Part shown: one piece after another, positions 19,001 through 27,115 of the stretch
Layout of the letters: each line of letters starts with the position of its first letter
Numbering within the stretch: the stretch's first letter is position 1
Assembly: GCA_963664875.1 (NCBI GenBank)
Contig: OY761611.1
Span: forward strand, 3,520,001 to 3,584,000
DNA: 64,000 nt
From: Candidatus Kapaibacterium sp.
GTDB taxonomy: Bacteria; Bacteroidota; Ignavibacteria; Kapaibacteriales; UBA2268
Direction of reading: 5' to 3'
Position numbers and translations under genes: made by a program
Notes under the pieces: model-generated
The model's input: the letters and a program-made list of their open reading frames with translations, nothing else
What the model was told of the DNA's origin: nothing
Database searches by the model: none

Positions 19001-19482
19001 TGAGTGCTCATAGTTTGGAATTACTTCAAAATTCTATTGGTTCTGCTCTCCAACAATACTTTAATTTCAATGCTGCTGTGGATAGAGTAGATTATTTTGA
19101 TGGAGCAACTTTTACAACTAATGAAAACTCAAACGGTGGTGGAATTTCTCTTGGGAAATTTATACATTGCTGGTACGATGGTGAAATTGAAGGCGGTTTT
19201 AAAGCTTTTGTGCTTTCTAGTCCTAAATATATGCATGAATATGGTCACTATCTTGATAGCAAAAGATATCTTACTGGTTACCTATTTGCAATAGCAATTC
19301 CGAGTTTATGGTCAGCAGCTACCCACAAGGGAGAAAAAAGTAGTGCTCCGTTTGGGTTTTTGTCATGGCATAGGACATTTTGGACAGAATTGAGAGCTAA
19401 CAGAAAAGCTAGCGATTATTTTGCTAGAGAACACGGAATTACTTTTGATGATACAGAATTCCCACTTTATACTACGGAGTAA
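16006..19482 (+). CDS. C-terminal half of the RHS toxin: YD repeats, RHS core and a HExxH-containing toxin tip
   Basis: YD repeats; KDHLGS...NYDPWG...RGFTGHE...MNGRVYDP...QPD...NRFIYANNNPLSFVDSDG. After the DxDG cleavage motif: hydrophobic Gly/Ala-rich helices, then HEYGH...WTELRAN. Confidence 0.88.
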   Translation: MIKTSQNHVDDNLYGNSFWTHVEFDYKANGDVKSRTNMINNLTAEFSYDIYGNLQQSRSYSLTNPDLYEKVQRMGYDNFSHRFIALDTNSLGQIKQFKYNNEFGKVKEEIEYNGFSTLTNYDDFGIKTEEIDEYGNKILFVYDWNDQNETINIKGTDKDYAFTLNKKSFLANETIAEALITKSYYTSNNMTLREVQEIFKSDYSLPKLVTIDKVYYMNWQLRYESEPYLSTESPDFWTEYDYEPLSGKVNSISKANGNTQNTLYKSINYDLENLISTENNLQQDGVPTGSLVKEYNVHGDLKKSTDEAGNAVTYNYWNSGLLKNVTTVVLNQSGAHSIQLNYDNIGRRTQMVDPNIGTLNYVYNDHGDIIEESNPNGTIKTYYDDYGRKDSVEYYLPNSATPYNTVYHLYVPIDENDGIYGDGKLDSLYETQSNLQKKYVYDNYWRVLSEKQNIDTEAFILENVFDKSIGKLKRTIFNQKDTITYAYDKKGFMVSKIFNGTNKDTTLWTLKEINRFGHETLASIADVIDLSSTYDIYGLLTGIKYANSSNQLQYQNHEYLFDPARQTLAYRKDLLADLHESFTFGSQGDKSFLLKRLTGWNISDLSGNSCGNFEMNYNDDGTIRSKGRVGFESNYVYSETTNDVEPLDATPTTQFPQAIKKLSSSYENLFPYTMTNTIFNSVKTIEMCDRNAVFDYGFDLQRCKYTYFKNGVKQYTKYYFHNIEKTVFENGDIKNTVIGNNFAIITENQDRNIYYLLKDHLGSVTKILNSDFSIVGDFNYDPWGRMREKDNNFETLSVYDVPSGFELIGRGFTGHEHILEFGLINMNGRVYDPALGQFIQPDNFVTIPERSNSYNRFIYANNNPLSFVDSDGEFVTLTTILITAAIFGAGNVAAQAIRLDGKINIGQIFSSFVQGAIVGGAVACGYYGLYYLSPTLAYITAGVAYGPQALTYGVGTLFGLTKGLYTGDYTNFWNAQKILLGNFYIDENQSYGMGILQGMSAHSLELLQNSIGSALQQYFNFNAAVDRVDYFDGATFTTNENSNGGGISLGKFIHCWYDGEIEGGFKAFVLSSPKYMHEYGHYLDSKRYLTGYLFAIAIPSLWSAATHKGEKSSAPFGFLSWHRTFWTELRANRKASDYFAREHGITFDDTEFPLYTTE

Positions 19483-19484
19483 CC

Positions 19485-19904
19485 ATGTATAGATATTTTA
19501 GTCTTCTTATTATTAGTCTAATTTTGGTAGGATGTCCATTAGAAGACACTTTAGATTATCATATTTTTCTATATAATAATTCTGATCGTGACATTTCTAT
19601 CATTTTTAGTAATGGGGTGCATAATACACTAATATATCCAGAATTGCTACCTCCAACAATCTCATCAGAATATTGCATTAGATATATTGAATCAAGAGAA
19701 AGCTTTACTTTTAATAGTTATATACCTTTTGATGAATATATTGATTCATTTCCACTTGACACGATAGCCGTATTTGTTTTTGATCCGGATACTTTAGATG
19801 CGTATCCATGGGAAGTAATAAGAGACGAATATAAAGTTCTTAAGACACATTTTATTACAATAGATGATGTTTTGAAGTCTGATACAATAGTAATTTACCC
19901 GTGA
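19485..19904 (+). CDS. Lipoprotein, putative cognate immunity protein of the RHS toxin
   Basis: Lipobox LILVG-C; starts 2 bp after the toxin stop codon. Confidence 0.75.
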   Translation: MYRYFSLLIISLILVGCPLEDTLDYHIFLYNNSDRDISIIFSNGVHNTLIYPELLPPTISSEYCIRYIESRESFTFNSYIPFDEYIDSFPLDTIAVFVFDPDTLDAYPWEVIRDEYKVLKTHFITIDDVLKSDTIVIYP

Positions 19905-19919
19905 TAAAGAGAAAACATA

Positions 19920-22016
19920 ATGAAAAATAAACACAAAAAAATAGTCATAATGCTACTATTAGCATTGCTGCAAACCACGAGTTTGCTCGCACAAAATACC
20001 TATACTTATGGGTATGACGATGCAGGAAATAGGATTCAATTGAATTCTCCTTTAGACTGCACAGATTTATTATGCCGTTGTCCCGACAATACTGACGGCT
20101 GGTTAGTGTTAGAAGCTATACCACAAGATCCGCCAAGCACAAGCTGTGATATTAAAGGATATCTTAATATTCCGGCTGAATATGCAGACTGTTACCAATT
20201 CTACACTATTATGACTTGGGGACATGAGATATATTCAAATGAATACAAACAAAGTATTGGAACTTTGAGCAATAATGAACTTCCAGAGTTAGAGTTTGTT
20301 ATACCCTCTCCTAAAAAGCAGTATGCTCAGGTTTTATTGTACAGAGACCTATCGGATGATAACCCTTGTGCAATTGCAGCCGAAGTTGAATGCATACCTG
20401 ACTGTTGTGGTCTAATCTATCTTGATTTTATAAAAGCAGATCCTGAAGGTGATAAATGCTGTTGGGATTTCTATGTAAACGGATATGATGAAGACGCTTG
20501 TGAAACAGACTTCCAGTTAAAATTGGAAACAGTAGTAGCCGAGGGTGAAACACCTGAAGAGCTTGCTAATATTCCAGCAATAGAAGGAGTAGGGCATATC
20601 TGTATAGACAATACATTGAAAGAAGTCAGAATGATTATATTAGAGCAAGGTATTGAGTGCAGAAATGAAGTTGTTCAACTAGAATGTGAGAAATGCCCTT
20701 GTCCACCTCAACATGAGATGGAAGGTTGGTTACAACTTACTATAGAACAAGGTGGTAGTCAATGTTCTCCAACACAATGTGAAGTTAGTGCTACATTAAA
20801 CATACCAGCGCCATATCAAGATTGTTACAATTTCTATGAAATAGAATATGTAATTAGAGACATTAATGCTTCTCCTATTGATCATGAATATCCAATGTTA
20901 TCACCAGGTGCAATTCCGGCAGATGGTATTATTACAAATCTTCCAACTTGTTTAGATCCAGGAGAATCAATCTTGTTGAAAGTTAGGCTTTACAATGCAG
21001 TAGGTGACACTGAATATTGTGAATTTGTAGTGATGGAACAAGCTTGTCCTCTATTTGATGTTGGAGACAGAGAGCCTTGTACTCCTGATAATTTCAGTGA
21101 CGGGTGGTCAGAAACACAAACTATATTAGTGAATGTAAACGGATGCTGGTATAGAGTTAGCTTCCAATATCGACAAACTTCAGATGGTACTCAGGATATT
21201 CAATTCACATCTGCCTATCCAGCTGATATTAACTGTACCGCAGAAAAATCTGAAGTATTTAATGCAGCTTTAGAACCTGCAATTGACGATATACTTTCTG
21301 GAGTTGACAGCTGGGAACCAAATCCAAGTGGATGTTATGATTCTTGGAGAGTGATTGAAGCTACATGTTGGTCTAAATGGGATGCCATTTATTTCTTAGG
21401 CGAAGTTACTTACAATACGGTTATAGATGTGCCATGCGAATCAGATTGCTGTACACAGCAAATCAGAGTATGTAAATATGACGGTAACGTCAGCGTTCAA
21501 GTGATAGGTTATGCTGACAATAACAGTACGGATTGTAGTACTGCAACATTGCCAGATCCATCTTCTTTCTTAAGTCCATTCAATGCGATTTACACTCTGT
21601 TAGAAGAATGTACTCCAAACGACTGCAATATGTTCCAAGGACATGAACCCGACTCAGACTGGAGGACTGATTTATATGCTGATTATGATAGATTCAAAGA
21701 TGAAGCGATAAGATATGAAGAAGGATACCAGATGAAAGAAATGATAGGAAATATCGCCGAACTTCAAATGATATATCAAGTTTATCAACAGCAAAATTCT
21801 TTAACTATTAAAGTAGCAAAATCAAAAGAACAAATTGTTGACTTTAAAATATTTAATGCTATTGGTCAAGAGATAAAATCTACATCTATTAATTTGACAG
21901 GCAAATATCAAGAATTTGAAGTTGATATTAGCAATCTATTGTCCGGATCTTATTTCTATAGTATCGTATCCAGCAGTAATAAGATAGCTACAGGTAAATT
22001 TATTATTGTCAAATAA
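19920..22016 (+). CDS. Cys-rich secreted protein with T9SS type A C-terminal domain and N-terminal YxYDxAGNR motif
   Basis: Signal peptide; YTYGYDDAGNRIQ; internally duplicated Cys-rich domain; CTD IFNAIGQEI...ISNLLSGSYFY...KFIIVK. Confidence 0.8.
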   Translation: MKNKHKKIVIMLLLALLQTTSLLAQNTYTYGYDDAGNRIQLNSPLDCTDLLCRCPDNTDGWLVLEAIPQDPPSTSCDIKGYLNIPAEYADCYQFYTIMTWGHEIYSNEYKQSIGTLSNNELPELEFVIPSPKKQYAQVLLYRDLSDDNPCAIAAEVECIPDCCGLIYLDFIKADPEGDKCCWDFYVNGYDEDACETDFQLKLETVVAEGETPEELANIPAIEGVGHICIDNTLKEVRMIILEQGIECRNEVVQLECEKCPCPPQHEMEGWLQLTIEQGGSQCSPTQCEVSATLNIPAPYQDCYNFYEIEYVIRDINASPIDHEYPMLSPGAIPADGIITNLPTCLDPGESILLKVRLYNAVGDTEYCEFVVMEQACPLFDVGDREPCTPDNFSDGWSETQTILVNVNGCWYRVSFQYRQTSDGTQDIQFTSAYPADINCTAEKSEVFNAALEPAIDDILSGVDSWEPNPSGCYDSWRVIEATCWSKWDAIYFLGEVTYNTVIDVPCESDCCTQQIRVCKYDGNVSVQVIGYADNNSTDCSTATLPDPSSFLSPFNAIYTLLEECTPNDCNMFQGHEPDSDWRTDLYADYDRFKDEAIRYEEGYQMKEMIGNIAELQMIYQVYQQQNSLTIKVAKSKEQIVDFKIFNAIGQEIKSTSINLTGKYQEFEVDISNLLSGSYFYSIVSSSNKIATGKFIIVK

Positions 22017-22037
22017 ATTATTTTTACTATTTTTAAT

Positions 22038-22068
22038 GGTAGGAGAGATTTTGTTCTCTCCTGCCTTT
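22038..22068 (+). terminator. Hairpin/terminator between the two T9SS genes
   Basis: GGTAGGAGAGA...TCTCTCCTGCC followed by TTT. Confidence 0.6.
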
Positions 22069-22093
22069 GTTTTATACTATTGGAGACTAAGCT

Positions 22094-23419
22094 TTGAAAT
22101 ACTTTATAATTTGTTTTCTTTTCTTTGCTACTTTTCAGCTTTCAAATGCAGAAAAGCAATGGGTAAAGAAACACTTCAGAGCGGATGAACACGTAGAAGC
22201 TATTAAAAGCTTTGATTCATCAAAAATCGTTGCTATTGTTGAAAGTGTAGGAGAATCTATGATATATAAATCTTATGATGCAGGAAACTCATGGGAAAAC
22301 ACATATCGTTATTTTCATCCGGCACATGGAGACTCTTTGGCAATGCTTTCCAATGGATCTTTTATCTTAGACTCCCTTCATTATTATATTTGTATGTTCC
22401 CACAACCTGTCATAGACATTTCTTCAGATGGAGGAAATACTTTTAAAAGAATCGAATTTGGTGAAATATCTGCTGATAAAAATAATCGTATCTGTGATTT
22501 ACATATGCAAGACAGAATGGTAGGTGTTGTAGTGACCTTAAAAAATATAGTAATTACAAAAGATGGTTGGGAATCTTTTATAATTTATGATAAACCTTAC
22601 CAGTATATAGAAACGAACAAGCCATCCTTTTATATTGATTCTGTTAATATTGCATTTATTAAACAACGTGTAGGTAGTAATCTGTTTTATAAATTTAATA
22701 TCAATACACATGAATGGTCAGAATACAGTATTGAAGTACAACAAGATGAAAACGAACATCCATTGACCATATTAGGAATCGAACATTTATCAGACCATGT
22801 CATTTTGGGCGCTGGGATGCAAAAAGTAAAAGACACTACAAAAAATATCCATTATGATTTAATATGGAAAAGTACTGACAACGGTATAAACTGGGAAGTA
22901 ATTTACAAAAAATTGCAAGATCCTAGATTTGGACTATCAGAGATACATTTTGCAGATAGTTTGAGAGGAATTATTGGAGGCAACGGTGGAAAATATATGT
23001 TGACAGAAGATGGAGGTGATACATGGGAGTACGCTACGTTTTATGACTACTTATATGCTATAACAGGAGATTGTACTTACTGCGGTGATTATCCGATTGC
23101 TTGGTTTCCTTCTGGGGGAATTTTTAGATATGAAGAAGTTATTGGAATCACAGAAGGCATACTAGAGGAAATCAGTATAAAACCCTACCAAACCAAAACA
23201 GAATACCATTTAGAAATCAATGACCCGAAATCACGAGAATATGAAATCATATTTTCTGATGCAAACGGCAAACAAATACTAACACAAACATTAAACACAG
23301 CAATAGCAGCTAACACAAATCCAATAGATTTAATCAGCCTAAATTCCGGCACTTACTTTTACATGATTATATGCAACAATTCGCTAATTTCTACAGGTAA
23401 GTTTGTAAATGCAAGGTAG
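22094..23419 (+). CDS. BNR/Ycf48-like beta-propeller protein with T9SS C-terminal domain
   Basis: TTG start with upstream GGAG; repeated SxDxGxxW Asp-boxes (KSYDAGNSW, SSDGGNTF, KSTDNGINW, TEDGGDTW); CTD DLISLNSGTYFY...GKFV. Confidence 0.82.
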   Translation: MKYFIICFLFFATFQLSNAEKQWVKKHFRADEHVEAIKSFDSSKIVAIVESVGESMIYKSYDAGNSWENTYRYFHPAHGDSLAMLSNGSFILDSLHYYICMFPQPVIDISSDGGNTFKRIEFGEISADKNNRICDLHMQDRMVGVVVTLKNIVITKDGWESFIIYDKPYQYIETNKPSFYIDSVNIAFIKQRVGSNLFYKFNINTHEWSEYSIEVQQDENEHPLTILGIEHLSDHVILGAGMQKVKDTTKNIHYDLIWKSTDNGINWEVIYKKLQDPRFGLSEIHFADSLRGIIGGNGGKYMLTEDGGDTWEYATFYDYLYAITGDCTYCGDYPIAWFPSGGIFRYEEVIGITEGILEEISIKPYQTKTEYHLEINDPKSREYEIIFSDANGKQILTQTLNTAIAANTNPIDLISLNSGTYFYMIICNNSLISTGKFVNAR

Positions 23420-23463
23420 CAGAAGATAATTATTACTCCCTGTTGCTCTTTTTGCATAAATAT

Positions 23464-23515
23464 AAGGATGTGATTTATTCAGTACATTGATATAAGAAAT
23501 CACATCCTTTATTTT
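23464..23515. terminator. Hairpin (likely bidirectional terminator) between the cargo and integrase copy 2
   Basis: AAGGATGTGATTT(23464-23476)...AAATCACATCCTT(23497-23509). Confidence 0.7.
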
Positions 23516-23537
23516 AGGCAAAAATCAATCTAACATT

Positions 23538-24758
23538 TTACTCCCCAAAAACCTTGCTAAAACTCTCTATTGCTTTATCTCTGCTCGGATTAACATAAAT
23601 ATCAAAACTACGCCGATTCCTATGACCGGATATTTTCATCACCTCTTCGGGAAGCATTCCGGCTTTTAATGCAAGAGTTATCATAGTTCGACGGGCAGTA
23701 TGAGAGGAGATGAGCTTGTATTTTGGAACAACATGTTCTTCTTTAACTGTTCCACGTATAATTGTATATGCAATCGGTTTAGTAATTTCTGCATCTTTGC
23801 AAATTTCTTTTATTTTGGAATTGTAGGTCTTTGTATCATTTTGTGGAAATTGTTTAGGATATTTAAGTAATATCCCTTTTATATATGAGTTAAAAGGAAC
23901 AATAACATTTTCTCCGGTCTTCTCGGTAGTTAGATATATCCGCTGATTATCCATATCTATTTTAGTCGGATTTAATCGGAGCAAATCAGAAATTCTAATT
24001 CCGGTATGAAGCTGAATAAGAAACAAATCCTTAGTGATTTCTAAATGTGGCTTAGGAATTAAATCTTTAATCGCCTCTATTTCTTCAAAATCAAGGGTAA
24101 CATACTTGTTCTCCTGCCCTTTATGAGTCGTAGCAGATTTAATATAAGAGCGAAACTGAATAGTGGTAATCAAACCTTTAGAAGCGTAATAATTAAGAGC
24201 AGTCTTAATATTTTTATTAGCAATATAAACTGTATTGTTGTTTAGACCCTTATTATGCAGATAATTCTCAAATTTCTTCCAAATAATCTCATCAAGATTA
24301 CGAATAGTTATTACAATTTTGGTGTCTTTCTGAAAATCAGCCAGTTTCTTCTTAGAGTTATAAAAGCACTCGTTAGTGCGATCAGCTCGAGTATGTTTAG
24401 TCAATTCAATATAATTAGAAAAAAGAGTTAGAAGGTCTTCTGCATCATTGTTACAAATATTAGGATTTTTCAGCTGTTTTATATACTCCTTAATATCATT
24501 TTTGTTAAGCACAAGATTTTCTAACTTTGCCTTTGAGCAGAAATTGTTTATTTTAGACTTAAAGTCATCCAACAGCACATTAGTTTCATCGCTATGGAGC
24601 ACTGAGGGCTTAATACGATTATGCTTTTTATCCCAAGCTTTTGTTTTAATTTGAATTCCGGTAGAAACCTGAACACGAAAACCATTAACAGAGACGTTCA
24701 TCATAATAGAAGTATCAGGTAAATCAGGCTTATTGAGATAGAAACTAATTTTTGCCAT
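23538..24758 (-). CDS. Tyrosine recombinase/integrase (Bacteroidota type: arm-binding, SAM-like and catalytic domains), intact
   Basis: N-terminal VSTGIQIKTKAWD arm-binding motif; catalytic HTGIRISD (R), TEKT (K), SSHTARR (HxxR), SGH and Y (FDIYV). Confidence 0.92.
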   Translation of the reverse strand: MAKISFYLNKPDLPDTSIMMNVSVNGFRVQVSTGIQIKTKAWDKKHNRIKPSVLHSDETNVLLDDFKSKINNFCSKAKLENLVLNKNDIKEYIKQLKNPNICNNDAEDLLTLFSNYIELTKHTRADRTNECFYNSKKKLADFQKDTKIVITIRNLDEIIWKKFENYLHNKGLNNNTVYIANKNIKTALNYYASKGLITTIQFRSYIKSATTHKGQENKYVTLDFEEIEAIKDLIPKPHLEITKDLFLIQLHTGIRISDLLRLNPTKIDMDNQRIYLTTEKTGENVIVPFNSYIKGILLKYPKQFPQNDTKTYNSKIKEICKDAEITKPIAYTIIRGTVKEEHVVPKYKLISSHTARRTMITLALKAGMLPEEVMKISGHRNRRSFDIYVNPSRDKAIESFSKVFGE

Positions 24759-24778
24759 TTGTAAAACCTTGCAAAACT

Positions 24779-24926
24779 GACTAACATATAACTAACAGAA
24801 ATAACGTAATATTGTTAGTTTTAGTTGCATTTTATTTTACAAAATAATGCTGTAAAATGCATTTAAATAGTGTATTTATATATAGTTATGTAAAATTGAG
24901 TCTAAAAAGCCATAATCATGACGGGG
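24779..24926. promoter_or_regulatory. Putative right attachment site (arm-type repeats plus core) and integrase promoter region
   Basis: GACTAACATATAACTAACA (24779-24797); inverted GTTAGT (24814-24819); CCATA-ATCATGA core at 24910-24921. Confidence 0.55.
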
Positions 24927-25039
24927 TGGATAATAGGCTCTACATTTTATAATGCACATTTTGACTTCTGAAACAGCCTCCCAAGAAACAAGATAGTGTT
25001 TTTTTCTAGGTTTTCTTATGACAAATCTCGGTTTATATT

Positions 25040-25087
25040 AAGCAGGCTCATTTTTTTTACAATGTTAGAGTAAATGAGACTGCTTTA
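25040..25087. terminator. Hairpin downstream of the HDAC-family gene
   Basis: AAGCAGGCTCATT...AATGAGACTGCTT imperfect inverted repeat. Confidence 0.5.
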
Positions 25088-25109
25088 TTTGCCTATACCC
25101 CAAATCCTT

Positions 25110-25862
25110 CTACTTAAATCCGTCACAAAAGGAGAGTACATTTTCGCCCAAATCTGGGAGGTAGTAGCCTCCTTCTAAGCAGGCAAATCGTCTTTGGTGT
25201 CCCCATTTGACAGAAAGCCGCTTCATTTTGTAGCCGATTTGATAAAAATCAAATTTCTCTAATTTTCTGCCTACATCTAACTTATACGAATCAAATCCGG
25301 CGTTTATTGCGATAATGTCCGCCTGTGGTGCTTCTGCTATTTTTTCGTCTAAGACCTGCATATATTTGTCGCGGTCGTCGGCGAAAACATTGACTATCTG
25401 CACTTCACTTCTGCCTTTGAAGCAATCGAGAGTGCCGTCTCCTGTGTGTGCATCGAAGTCAAGCACAAAAGCGGAGCTTATCCTGCCTTCTGTGAATAAT
25501 TTTTGGAGTGCTATCCCAAGATTATTGAAATAGCAATAGCCCCACGAAGAGTCTTTATAAGCATGGTGCCCCGGCGGTCTGATAGCGGCAAAGGCACATT
25601 CGCCTGCCATAGCAATCTGCGAAGCCCTAATTGCTCCCCCCGTAGCAAGCATTGCAGCTCGGAAGAGAGTGTCGTTGCTCCTGATTTTTTCAATATGTTG
25701 CTGCGTATGTAGCAGCTCTATATCTTTAATATCTGCCTGCCCCGGCACTATGGTTTCAAACGAACCGAGACAGCTCATCACGGCTTCCATACGCCCGGGA
25801 AGCGCCGCCTGTTCGTCTGCATAGTCAGATTTGTTGTAGTCGGGGTGAAATACGATTTTCAT
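25110..25862 (-). CDS. Histone deacetylase family (AcuC/AphA-like) Zn-dependent amidohydrolase
   Basis: RPPGHHA, GYCYFNN, DFDAHTGDGT, AGFD and LEGGY motifs. Confidence 0.92.
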   Translation of the reverse strand: MKIVFHPDYNKSDYADEQAALPGRMEAVMSCLGSFETIVPGQADIKDIELLHTQQHIEKIRSNDTLFRAAMLATGGAIRASQIAMAGECAFAAIRPPGHHAYKDSSWGYCYFNNLGIALQKLFTEGRISSAFVLDFDAHTGDGTLDCFKGRSEVQIVNVFADDRDKYMQVLDEKIAEAPQADIIAINAGFDSYKLDVGRKLEKFDFYQIGYKMKRLSVKWGHQRRFACLEGGYYLPDLGENVLSFCDGFK

Positions 25863-26067
25863 GCTTACCTCCGGTCATTCAACGGCAAACTAACAAGAAT
25901 CAATAGCATTTCCACAAAATTTCTCTATTGGTGCAAATTTTTTTCGCTTCCGGGCAAATTTTTTTTGCGTGAAAACGAAATCTGTCTCCAAAAATACATA
26001 ATTACACTTAGACCTGCATAAAATGTGTAGTCAAAAATAAGGACTTACGGCGATTAGATGAAAAGAA

Positions 26068-26108
26068 AAATTAATTGCAAAATTTTTCAAATTAATTGCA
26101 AGATTTTT
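26068..26108. promoter_or_regulatory. Tandem direct repeat with 21-bp period; candidate transcription-factor site upstream of the pilus operon
   Basis: AAATTAATTGCAAAATTTTT (26068-26087) and AAATTAATTGCAAGATTTTT (26089-26108). Confidence 0.5.
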
Positions 26109-26523
26109 TTAGTCATTTTCCAATTTCGAGCATAAAAATAGTGCAAACCCAAGATGCCGATTAGCTCTAACTAAATATGAACTATGACATAAAATGAACG
26201 AAAAAATTAGATGGAAAAATCTACGTAGTTTCCGCAGAATTAGGTGTTTCTTGCGATGCCGTGCCAACTCAGGATATCCACCTATTTACGATAATTCAGG
26301 ACTTTATGGTATTGTGCAGCGACTCTTTTCGTTGTAAATTGCTTTCGAAAGTTATGACAACGATTGAACAAACGCTAATCAAAAAAAAAGTAATCAGTTG
26401 CATAACTCACCCGAAAAGTTCGGGATGGATTTCAAAATAACACTTCAATATCCTAGGCAAGAAGTAAACACGAAATCCAAAGAAAATACAAAATTTCTAA
26501 AACAAATTCTAAGGAAAAAAGAA

Positions 26524-27033
26524 ATGAAAAAGTTTTTCGCTATCGCTCTCGCTTTCGTAATGTTTGCAGCTACTAATATGTTTGCTGATGGATCAAGTAT
26601 AGGAACAGATGCTAAAACAGCAGAAGCAACAATTAATGTTCAAGTTCTTAAACAAATTGAAATAGATCCTACTAATGGTGTCCTCAATTATGCAGTGGTT
26701 AATGGTACAGTACAAGAGAGAGCCATTGATGCATCAGGTGCATTTGTAGAAGCTGGAAGTTTAGATTTTGACATTACCGCTACTGAAGGTTATGAATTGT
26801 CATACAGTTTTGATTTGATATCAATCTTAAGTAATAACAGTACCGTAGATCAAGCTAATGCACCTATAATAACATTTGCAGGCACTCCTCTTCTTACAGG
26901 TACTTTGGAAAATGCTGATGGTGAAGAAAGCTTATCGTTTAGTGTTGAAAACATTGACGCTCAGACAAACACATGTGCTGATGGTGGCTATACTTATAAC
27001 TACACTCTTAGCGTATATTACACAGGCTTCTAA
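26524..27033 (+). CDS. Putative major pilin subunit (chaperone-usher type, DUF4402/Csu-like)
   Basis: Signal peptide MKKFFAIALAF...; N-terminal AEATINVQVL strand; C-terminal GGYTYNYTLSVYYTGF; first gene of a pilin-chaperone-usher cluster. Confidence 0.7.
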   Translation: MKKFFAIALAFVMFAATNMFADGSSIGTDAKTAEATINVQVLKQIEIDPTNGVLNYAVVNGTVQERAIDASGAFVEAGSLDFDITATEGYELSYSFDLISILSNNSTVDQANAPIITFAGTPLLTGTLENADGEESLSFSVENIDAQTNTCADGGYTYNYTLSVYYTGF

Positions 27034-27050
27034 GAATTACAGAAACATTT

Positions 27051-27086
27051 TACATAAGGGACTTATAGGTTTAAGTCCCTTATGTA
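27051..27086 (+). terminator. Strong intergenic hairpin after pilin 1
   Basis: TACATAAGGGACTTA...TAAGTCCCTTATGTA perfect 15-bp stem. Confidence 0.7.
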
Positions 27087-27115
27087 TAAAAAAAATTCAA
27101 AGAAGGAGAGTGTAA

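Larger units (their letters stand above)
1747..24926. mobile_element. ~23-kb integrative element/genomic island (Bacteroidota-type tyrosine integrase plus excisionase-like gene) with defence and toxin cargo
   Basis: Integrase at the right end reads inward; an HTH excisionase-like gene lies near the left end. Matching ACTAAC-N5-ACTAAC arm-like pairs occur at both ends (1822-1838, 24780-24796). Core-like sites: TCATA-ATAGTAG-TATGG (1747-1763) and CCATA-ATCATGA-CGGGG (24910-24926). Cargo is accessory. No relaxase, primase or conjugation genes were seen. Confidence 0.75.

Noticed and set aside
584-24758. Integrase duplication as an assembly artefact or IS composite transposon
   Set aside because: The copies differ at ~22 scattered positions, many synonymous, and have different flanks. 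They are tyrosine recombinases with no terminal inverted repeats or target-site duplication.
24922-25110. Displaced N-terminus of integrase copy 1 at the right flank
   Set aside because: No MAKISFYLNKPDLPDT-coding sequence is present there, so a simple one-step insertion does not fully explain the structure.
26100-26520. c-di-GMP or other riboswitch in the pilus leader
   Set aside because: No GEMM-type GCAAAC...GAAA...GACGCAAAGC core was found by eye. An Rfam scan would be needed to exclude other RNAs.
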